From contig CAAEKO010000034.1 in the NCBI GenBank assembly GCA_900756545.1, forward strand, positions 48,662 to 72,661: 24,000 nucleotides of DNA, in the 5' to 3' direction. Each line of letters begins with the position of its first letter. The first letter of the stretch is position 1. Under the pieces are notes generated by a model. That model worked only from the letters and a program-made list of their open reading frames with translations, was not told the origin of the DNA and searched no databases. This stretch comes from Clostridia bacterium (GTDB taxonomy: Bacteria > Bacillota > Clostridia > UBA1381). Positions 7,335 through 13,889 of this stretch are shown here, piece after piece. The translations under genes and the position numbers were made by a program.

Positions 7335-8258
7335 ATGAAAGAGCTTAACGGAGTGAAAATTATAGGCATAGACCACGGTTACGGCAATATCAAGAGCAGT
7401 TGCACCGTTACATCTACAGGGCTTTTCAAATATGAAACCGAGCCTGTATTTTCAGGAAACATTCTTGAATATAATGGCACATATTACCGTGTAGGTGAAG
7501 GTCACAAGGAGTTTATTGCCGACAAATCAACTGATGATGAATACTACATCTTTACCCTTATGGCTATTGCAAGAGAATTAAGCCGTGTGGGTATCACCTC
7601 TGCAAATGTGCATATTGCGGCCGGACTTCCTTTAACTTGGGTACGCTCACAGCGTGAGAAATTCCGCAAATATCTTATGCAGAATGATGAGATTAAATTT
7701 CGTTTTAACGGCAAACAATACTATGTTCGCATTGTTGGGAGCAGTATATTTCCGCAAGGCTATCCGGCAATAGTAGAAAACATATCACAGTTTACAGGAA
7801 CAAACATTCTCGCAGACATCGGCAACGGCACAATGAATATTATGTATATCAACAACAAAAAGCCGATTGAAAGCAAGTGCTGGACGGAGAAACTCGGTGT
7901 TAATCAATGTATGATTGCCGCTAAAAACAGCATTATGGATAAGTTCGGGGTAAAGATTGAGGATTCTGTTGTGGAACAGTATTTATGCTTTAAAGCAGCA
8001 GATATAAGCAAGGAATATCTTGACTGTCTGAATAGCGTTGCAACAGAATATACGGAACAAATCTTTTCTGCTCTCAGAAGATATGAATACAACTCCGGCT
8101 TGATGAGGCTGTATATTATCGGCGGTGGAGGTTGTCTTGTTGAAAATTTCGGTGAGTATGACAAAGACAGAGTAACAGTTATAAGCGATATATGTGCAAC
8201 AGCAAAAGGCTATGAGTATCTTGCATACAACAAGTTGCGAAAGGAGCAGAGCCGATGA
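7335..8258 (+). CDS. parM: ParM/StbA-family actin-like segregation ATPase
   Basis: AGGAGG SD. Actin-fold phosphate and adenosine motifs are present: 'IIGIDHGYGNIKS', 'LADIGNGTMNIMYI' and 'LYIIGGGG'. The 307-aa size is typical. Confidence 0.8.
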   Translation: MKELNGVKIIGIDHGYGNIKSSCTVTSTGLFKYETEPVFSGNILEYNGTYYRVGEGHKEFIADKSTDDEYYIFTLMAIARELSRVGITSANVHIAAGLPLTWVRSQREKFRKYLMQNDEIKFRFNGKQYYVRIVGSSIFPQGYPAIVENISQFTGTNILADIGNGTMNIMYINNKKPIESKCWTEKLGVNQCMIAAKNSIMDKFGVKIEDSVVEQYLCFKAADISKEYLDCLNSVATEYTEQIFSALRRYEYNSGLMRLYIIGGGGCLVENFGEYDKDRVTVISDICATAKGYEYLAYNKLRKEQSR

Positions 8259-8650
8259 AAAACAATATTATCTGCACAAATATCCGCTTTAACCTTGATA
8301 ATCCCTTGCACCAAAAGGCTTGGGAATATCTGAAAACAATGGATAAGTCGCAATTTAAGTCATACACCCACGCAACAGCACTTTCAATCACGGAAATGTT
8401 TGACCGTTTTTACAAGCTGCAAGCAGATCCTTATCTTGAAACCCGACGGCGAGAGGAACAATTTGTGGCACAAATTGTTGAAGCCGTTGAAAAAGCCTTG
8501 AATGAGGCTTTACCGAGCTTTCTTCTTTCGTGTATTGCGAGTTTTGCTAATCTGCAAATATCTCCGAGTATTGCTCAAAATCCCATTCAAAACAATGACA
8601 GTAATACCGAAAATGAAGAAATTGACTGGGATTTTATCAGCGAAAGCTAA
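8255..8650 (+). CDS. small acidic-tailed protein translationally coupled to parM; putative ParR-like ribbon-helix-helix adaptor
   Basis: ATGA start/stop overlap with parM, and an AAGGAG SD. The N-terminus 'TNIRFNLDNPLHQKAWEYLKTM' fits a beta-strand plus helix (RHH) pattern. Its position downstream of parM is where parR sits. Function is inferred from context only. Confidence 0.4.
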   Translation: MKNNIICTNIRFNLDNPLHQKAWEYLKTMDKSQFKSYTHATALSITEMFDRFYKLQADPYLETRRREEQFVAQIVEAVEKALNEALPSFLLSCIASFANLQISPSIAQNPIQNNDSNTENEEIDWDFISES

Positions 8651-9288
8651 TTATGGTATTGAAAATTGCATTTCCAATACCATAATTAAAAGCTGTAACT
8701 ATGCCTTAATCGGCATAATACCAAATATAATTGATATTCGTACCTTATTGGTACAGAAATCAATTATATTTAATGCGTAATTGCAAAAAGTCAATGCTTT
8801 TTACAATTACGAAAGGCTTTCGAGCAAACTGCCCTACAGCTTTTGCACGCACCTTTTCGGTGCATGTGCCTGTGCGTTCCGCTTACGCTTTGTGCTTTAT
8901 TCCAACAATAGTTTGGAACGCACAGGCACTTAATACCCTTTAGCTCCGCTACTAAGTAAAGCATTGTCATCAACTAACGGCGATAACAACACTTCCCTTA
9001 TCCGCTACACTAAAGGGCATGGGCAGGTAGTGCAAGTGGATAGACACACTTGCCACCTGTTCAGGGGGAAATCGAGAAAAATTCTCGTTGTATCTTGCAC
9101 GCTTTTGTTCGTTCGAGTACAGCAAGTACACTTCACTCTCAAAATCGCACAATCTACTTAGAGAATTGTCCTCTTTCCCCCTAAAAACCCCCTATGCGGT
9201 AACGCAAAGTCAATATTAAACTTCCGATTAACATCAGACTTTGCATTACCTGCACAATAATTTGAAATATCAGTGTCAAATTATTGTG
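8649..9288. other. ~640-bp non-coding, locally GC-enriched block packed with long perfect inverted repeats; candidate oriT / single-strand origin / structured RNA
   Basis: Hairpins:
- 8649-8661/8675-8687 (13 bp perfect)
- 8723-8735/8759-8771 (13 bp perfect, with nested gtacc/ggtac)
- 8776-8790/8797-8811 (15 bp, 1 mismatch)
- 8866-8880/8915-8929 (15 bp perfect)
- 9198-9211/9237-9250 (14 bp, 1 mismatch)
- 9253-9265/9276-9288 (13 bp perfect)

The block sits immediately upstream of mobC. The ORFs here are short, overlap each other on both strands and are Cys/His/Arg-rich. Confidence 0.5.
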
Positions 9289-9340
9289 GTGCAAGCCATT
9301 ATCTCTTGCACACTTTCGCACAGCGAAAGGAGGCGAATTT

Positions 9341-9721
9341 ATGAATCGCAAGCGAAATCATCAATTCTCTCTACGCTTGTCCGACAGCGAACAAGCGTTA
9401 TGGGATAAAAAACAGACTGCAAGCGGTCTTAATAAAACTGAATTTTTTATCCGCATACTGAAAAACTCTGTTGTAAAAATATACCGCTTTGATGAAAGCA
9501 TAAAGGAACTGATTAAGGAATTACGCAAAGTCGGCGTAAATCTTAATCAGGCGGCACATCTTTTAAACAGCGGTTTCCCTTTTGAAGCGAATCAGGAAAT
9601 TCGCGATATGAACGGCGAATATTCCGAAGTCATGGAAAAAATCAAAAATTTTCTTGAAAAACCTTTAATAAATGCAACCATTATTGATAAAACGGTCGGT
9701 GATGATAATGCCGTTCGGTAA
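9341..9721 (+). CDS. mobC: MobC-family relaxosome accessory protein
   Basis: AAAGGAGG SD 8 nt upstream of the ATG at 9341. 'FSLRLSDSEQALWDKK' (RHH-like) is followed by the MobC signature 'LRKVGVNLNQAAHLLNSG'. The 3' end overlaps the relaxase start. Confidence 0.8.
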   Translation: MNRKRNHQFSLRLSDSEQALWDKKQTASGLNKTEFFIRILKNSVVKIYRFDESIKELIKELRKVGVNLNQAAHLLNSGFPFEANQEIRDMNGEYSEVMEKIKNFLEKPLINATIIDKTVGDDNAVR

Positions 9722-10883
9722 TGTGAATGTAAAGTATCAGCCGTGTAAATCCGTAGGACAGCTTAAATCGGCAGTAAATTATATGCTCGGCATACAACCG
9801 GAGCAGATACGAAACGGAGTAGTTAAAACGCAAGACCACCTATATTCTGCTCTCGGCTGTAACCGTGATAATTTTGCAAACAGCATACTTGTCACAAGAA
9901 AGTTAAACGGCAGAAGCTACAGCAGAATGAAAAAAAATAACATAATTGCTCACAAATTGAGTATATCATTTCATCAGGCGGACAATGAAAAGCTGTCTTA
10001 TGAATTGGCATATAAAATTGCTGAAGAATTTGCAATTGAATTTATGTATTCAAAAGGCTATGAGGTTTTATTTGCAGTACATACAGACACCGAGCATATT
10101 CATGTTCATTTTCTTGTGAGCAACTGCAACATAGACACAGGCAAAAGTTACAGACGAAATAAAAAAATGTTATATGATATGTCGGAATATTTCGGCAATC
10201 AATGTCTTCAACACGGCTTGACGCACTCTGTCCGCAATGAGTTTTACAGTCATGACCTTGATGAATCAAGAGATAATTTGACTTTTGCGGAATATCAAAT
10301 GCGTAAAAAAGGCAAAGAGAGCTTTAAGGACGAGCTTAGAGAGGTTATTCAGGTAGAAATAGCGGATAAAACAAACAAGACCTTTGATGATGTTATGGCT
10401 GCTCTTTGGCGGCACTATAATGTTGAAACAAGGGTTAAGGGAAACACAGTATCATACAGACACCCCGAATACAAGGACAAAAACGGAAAACTTGTATCTG
10501 TCAGGGGCAGTAAATTAGGTGATTTATATACCCGGAAAGGAATAGAATATGAGCTTACAAAGAAACTCACAAAACAATATGAACAATCAGCCGAAGCCCA
10601 GTATTATGGAGAAATTACGGACACCGCAGGAGAGCATAGACACCCGTATGGAAATATTGGAAAGTCTGTGGCAGAAACTACAGACCTTACGAGAGGACAA
10701 CTTGAACGAGGCAGAGGACAAACTACAGCTAACGGCATATCTGACAATAGCGGAAGAAATGTTCAAAGCTCTGGTGACTTTTACGAACGCTATAGGAAGC
10801 GACATCAAAAGTCTAACGGAAGAACAAATGAAGCTGTTAAGCCTGCAAAACGAGTACATCAGGACGAGTGGGAACGAGATTGA
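9708..10883 (+). CDS. relaxase/mobilisation nuclease (MobA/VirD2-type relaxase domain); 3' end uncertain, possibly frameshifted
   Basis: The likely start is ATG 9708 ('MPFGNVNVKY'). 'HKLSISFH' and the histidine triad 'HTDTEHIHVHFLVSN' are present. After ~aa 300 the frame becomes G/R/T-rich and atypical for this AT-rich island, while the +1 frame (10549-11145) looks like genuine helical protein. Confidence 0.75.
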   Translation: MPFGNVNVKYQPCKSVGQLKSAVNYMLGIQPEQIRNGVVKTQDHLYSALGCNRDNFANSILVTRKLNGRSYSRMKKNNIIAHKLSISFHQADNEKLSYELAYKIAEEFAIEFMYSKGYEVLFAVHTDTEHIHVHFLVSNCNIDTGKSYRRNKKMLYDMSEYFGNQCLQHGLTHSVRNEFYSHDLDESRDNLTFAEYQMRKKGKESFKDELREVIQVEIADKTNKTFDDVMAALWRHYNVETRVKGNTVSYRHPEYKDKNGKLVSVRGSKLGDLYTRKGIEYELTKKLTKQYEQSAEAQYYGEITDTAGEHRHPYGNIGKSVAETTDLTRGQLERGRGQTTANGISDNSGRNVQSSGDFYERYRKRHQKSNGRTNEAVKPAKRVHQDEWERD

Positions 10884-11145
10884 TAAACTTGTTTACAATA
10901 CCTATGAAGATGTAAAGGATAAATATGCTGTTCTCATTGAAAAATCCTTAAAAGATGCTACCGACAACCACAACCGCAGTTTAAAAGCAATGGAGCGTGT
11001 TGCCGAGAAATGCACCGAAACCGCAAAGAAAGCACAGGAGAACAATGCCGAGCTTTGCCGAGTGGATAATTTTTGGAAGTTTCTCAATTTTACAGTACCG
11101 ATATATGTTATTGCGGATATAATAATACGGCTGATTTTTAGGTAA
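10549..11145 (+). CDS. coiled-coil protein with a C-terminal hydrophobic anchor; either an overlapping accessory mob gene or the displaced C-terminus of the relaxase
   Basis: 198-aa ORF with an AAAGGAA SD 7 nt upstream. The sequence is heptad-like and helical ('ILESLWQKLQTLREDNLNEAEDKLQ...') and ends in 'FLNFTVPIYVIADIIIRLIF'. It overlaps the relaxase frame by 335 nt. Confidence 0.6.
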   Translation: MSLQRNSQNNMNNQPKPSIMEKLRTPQESIDTRMEILESLWQKLQTLREDNLNEAEDKLQLTAYLTIAEEMFKALVTFTNAIGSDIKSLTEEQMKLLSLQNEYIRTSGNEIDKLVYNTYEDVKDKYAVLIEKSLKDATDNHNRSLKAMERVAEKCTETAKKAQENNAELCRVDNFWKFLNFTVPIYVIADIIIRLIFR

Positions 11146-11154
11146 AATTTTAAT

Positions 11155-13009
11155 GGGGCTGTAAAAAAAGTCCCATAAAAATGCAAGGGTGAAAACTCTT
11201 GCATTTTTTACATACAAAAACAGCTGAAACCATTGAGGTAACAGCTGTTTTGTGGTATAATAAATATATGAAAAACAAAATTAATACCGAAAAATATTAT
11301 ACACCAATTCAAATGGAATTTCAAGTAGGATTTGAAAAAATCATTGAAATTTCTGACCCAATTTACACATTCAACGAAATTGTGAATCAAATTGACCTTA
11401 GAAAATATTTTGTTGGGAAAGGCAACAGAATGGGTCGACCAAGATTTGATTGTATCAAGATGTTGAAAATAATACTGTTTGCTTTTATGGAAAATGAATA
11501 TGCATCGCTTAGAAATATTGAAAAGCTATGTAAAACAGATATTCGTTATCTGTGGCTTTTAGGTGATACACCTGCACCATCATTTGTAACAATATCCAAT
11601 TTTATGAACAATTTTCTTGTTGATGGTATAGAGGAAATCTTTAACGATATTAACCGAGTGATATTTGAAACAGAAAAAGTGGACCTAAATCATATATACA
11701 TAGATGGTACAAAGATAGAGGCTAATGCTAATAAATATACTTGGGTATGGAAAAAGTCTTGTATTACTAACAGAGATAGAGTATTTAAATATCTCACTGA
11801 TTTAATAAATGAAATTAATGAAACAGACCTGATATTTCATAATGTTAAAATCGGCACACGCAAGGAATACAACATTGAGTATTTAATTGATATACAAAGA
11901 GAATATGCAAATCTTTTAAATATAGATACATCAACATTTGTATATGGCTCCGGTAAAAGAAAAACACAACTACAGCGTCATTATGAAAAATTAGCTAACT
12001 ATATAGATAGATTAAAGAAATATGCAAAACATATCAATACTTGTGGAAAAAACAGAAACAGTTATTCTAAAACCGATACAGATGCAACATTTATGCGAGT
12101 AAAGAAAGACTATATGGGTAATGACCAATTGCTTCCCGCATACAATGTACAGCTTGGGATATGTGATGAATACATAGCAGTAGCAGATATTAAACAATAT
12201 GCATCAGATATGGAGTGTTTTGTACCGCTTATGGAAAAATTTAATGATACATATGGTTTCTATCCAACATACCCTGTAGCTGATGCAGGATATGGTAGCT
12301 ACAACAATTATCTGTTTTGTGAAGAAAAAGGTATGGAAAAATTCATGAAATTTACTATGTATGAAAAAGAAACAAAATCAGACAAGTATCATAACGATCC
12401 ATTCCGAGCAGTGAATTTCAAAAGAGATAATCAAGGAAATTTAATTTGTCCGAACGGAAAGAAATTCCATTATATTTATGACAGACCGGTGCAAGGGAAT
12501 AAATTCGGCAGGACAGAAGAATACTATCAATGCGAAGATTGCAGTGGGTGTAAATATCGAAGTCAATGTCATAAAAGTGAGAAAAACAGAATTATCCGTA
12601 TTAATGAAGAATTAACAAGCTTTCACATAGAAGTTTTAAATAACTTAAACTGTATCCACGGAGCACTGCTAAGAATGAATAGAAGTATTCAATCTGAAGG
12701 AACATATGGAGTAATCAAAAGCGATAGAGGGTACAAACGGATACACAGACGCGGTTTAAAATTCGTAAATTTTGATTTTATGACAATTTGTTGTGGTTTT
12801 AATCTGTACAAATACCATATGAAGAAACAACGGCTTGCAAAAACAGCAGCCTAAACTATCAATATTTTTTAAAATTTGAGTCCATAAAACGATGGGCTTT
12901 GTTTTGATGTCATAAAAACCATATTCTAACGAGATTTAACAAAATATGCAGAAAAGGAATCCTGTTTTGAGATTCCTTTTCGCTATTTGCGGGCTTTTTT
13001 AACAGCCCC
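11155..13009 (+). mobile_element. IS1182-family insertion sequence (~1.86 kb)
   Basis: Imperfect terminal inverted repeats: GGGGCTGTAAAAAAAGTCCC (11155-11174) against the reverse complement of 12990-13009, GGGGCTGTTAAAAAAGCCCG (17 of 20 match). There is a single transposase gene, an inward terminator-like hairpin (11180-11212) and a 3' hairpin aaaggaatc/gattccttt. No clear target-site duplication was seen. Confidence 0.7.
11268..12854 (+). CDS. IS1182-family DDE transposase
   Basis: InsH-N/DUF772-like N-terminus 'GRPRFDCIKMLKIILFAFMENEYASLRNIEKLCKTDIRYLWLLG'; 'IYIDGTKIEANANKY'; 'DATFMRVK...LPAYNVQ'; 'YPVADAGYGS'; C-terminal 'SEGTYGVIKSDRGYKRIHRRGLKFVNFDFMTICCGFNLYKY'. The promoter TTGAGG-17-TGgTATAAT (11233-11261) ends 6 nt before ATG 11268, so the mRNA may be leaderless. 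Confidence 0.85.
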   Translation: MKNKINTEKYYTPIQMEFQVGFEKIIEISDPIYTFNEIVNQIDLRKYFVGKGNRMGRPRFDCIKMLKIILFAFMENEYASLRNIEKLCKTDIRYLWLLGDTPAPSFVTISNFMNNFLVDGIEEIFNDINRVIFETEKVDLNHIYIDGTKIEANANKYTWVWKKSCITNRDRVFKYLTDLINEINETDLIFHNVKIGTRKEYNIEYLIDIQREYANLLNIDTSTFVYGSGKRKTQLQRHYEKLANYIDRLKKYAKHINTCGKNRNSYSKTDTDATFMRVKKDYMGNDQLLPAYNVQLGICDEYIAVADIKQYASDMECFVPLMEKFNDTYGFYPTYPVADAGYGSYNNYLFCEEKGMEKFMKFTMYEKETKSDKYHNDPFRAVNFKRDNQGNLICPNGKKFHYIYDRPVQGNKFGRTEEYYQCEDCSGCKYRSQCHKSEKNRIIRINEELTSFHIEVLNNLNCIHGALLRMNRSIQSEGTYGVIKSDRGYKRIHRRGLKFVNFDFMTICCGFNLYKYHMKKQRLAKTAA

Positions 13010-13030
13010 TGAAGTTCTAATTACGGCGGA

Positions 13031-13615
13031 TTATCTATCTGATAATCTGTCATACTGTATTTCGGATTCTCCTGTAATTTTGTTTGTTTTCTTTTTATAA
13101 AGCAAAGTGTATTTTGCTTGTCCGGCGGTATAATCTTTATCGCCTTTTGGGAAGAAAGAACGGCAGAAATGAGAGTCAGAATTTTTAAGTCTATCAAGGA
13201 ATATGTATATATCTCTGCTATTATGTGCAGATTGAAGCAGATAATCCGCTTGAATTAGTGAAAATACTTGTTTCTTTGAATTATATTTGAAAATAATCTC
13301 GTTGCTATCAAGCATATTTTCCAAAAATTCAAAATACTCAATTCGCTCTTTGACAAAATCAAAGTTTTCACTTTTAGTTAAAGTGTCATAATCTATCTTT
13401 CCGTCTAATGCGTAGTCAAACACTTTTTTCCTTGAAGCAGTACGGAAAAACTCATTGTCAACGAGTTTATGAAGTCCGGCTAAATGCACAAACTCCGTTT
13501 CAGAAAAGTTAAGTATTATTTTTGACATTTGACCTTTTCTGCCAATAATGATTTCGTATTGTGTATCAATCAGCTTTTGAAAAGCCAATGCACACCTTTG
13601 TAATTTGTCTGCCAT
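13031..13615 (-). CDS. candidate BECR-fold (PBECR4-like) ribonuclease / toxin-like protein
   Basis: 194-aa ORF with a GAAAGGA SD 8 nt upstream of ATG 13615. From memory, the segments 'YEIIIGRKGQMSKIILNFSETEFVHLAGLHKLVD', 'IFKYNS', 'FCRSFFPKGDKDYT' and 'YTLLYKKK' resemble the PBECR4 family found on Firmicute mobile elements. The gene call is solid; the family assignment is tentative. Confidence 0.45.
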   Translation of the reverse strand: MADKLQRCALAFQKLIDTQYEIIIGRKGQMSKIILNFSETEFVHLAGLHKLVDNEFFRTASRKKVFDYALDGKIDYDTLTKSENFDFVKERIEYFEFLENMLDSNEIIFKYNSKKQVFSLIQADYLLQSAHNSRDIYIFLDRLKNSDSHFCRSFFPKGDKDYTAGQAKYTLLYKKKTNKITGESEIQYDRLSDR

Positions 13616-13638
13616 TGTAAATATCCTTTCACATAAGT

Positions 13639-13673
13639 AAAAGCCGTTCTACCAAGAAAGCAGAACGGCTTTT
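13639..13673 (-). terminator. intrinsic terminator/attenuator located between a promoter and the nuclease-like gene
   Basis: Perfect 12-bp stem aaaagccgttct (13639-13650) / agaacggctttt (13662-13673) with an 11-nt loop. On the minus strand it is followed by UUUUAC, and it ends ~12 nt before the SD of the 13615 gene. Confidence 0.7.
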
Positions 13674-13814
13674 AGTGCATTTTCTTTCGGCATTAAGCCT
13701 ACGCCGATTTGAGGTTACACTACACAAACCCCTCCCGAAAGCTCCGTATGCCAACGCATATCGGCACGCCGACACACATCTACGCTTTAACAGACACACC
13801 TGTTGCCTGTTGCT
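13674..13814 (-). ncRNA. ~140-nt GC-enriched structured leader or small RNA of unknown class
   Basis: Bounded by a consensus promoter upstream and a terminator downstream. Contains local hairpins (UAUGC-GUUG-GCAUA, UCGG-CGUG-CCGA, GGGGUU-N10-AACCUC). It also has mutually exclusive pairings: CUUUCGG...CCGAAAG versus UCGGC...GCCGA. Dispersed repeats GUGUGUC, GCGUAG and UCGGCGU are present. No coding potential. Confidence 0.45.
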
Positions 13815-13820
13815 AATATT

Positions 13821-13849
13821 ATTATACTCAAAACTTTAAAATATGTCAA
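13821..13849 (-). promoter_or_regulatory. perfect-consensus sigma-A promoter (TTGACA-17-TATAAT) driving the leader and nuclease-like gene
   Basis: On the minus strand: TTGACA at 13849-13844, a 17-nt spacer, TATAAT at 13826-13821. It lies 41 nt downstream of the STAND gene stop. Confidence 0.7.
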
Positions 13850-13889
13850 TAGATTTAAAGAAATTTTGTCATTATGCCTAAAAATATTT

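Noticed and set aside
8731-9161. Four mutually overlapping 60-70-aa ORFs on both strands in the mobC-upstream region
   Set aside because: They overlap one another, lack SDs, have Cys/His/Arg-rich composition unlike neighbouring proteins, and coincide with long inverted repeats. The region is treated as non-coding structured DNA/RNA.
13674-13814. ToxI-like tandem-repeat antitoxin array (classic type III TA)
   Set aside because: Only short dispersed repeats are present (7-nt GCAACAG x2 and similar). There are no 30-40-nt tandem units, so the type III TA idea is kept only as an architectural analogy.
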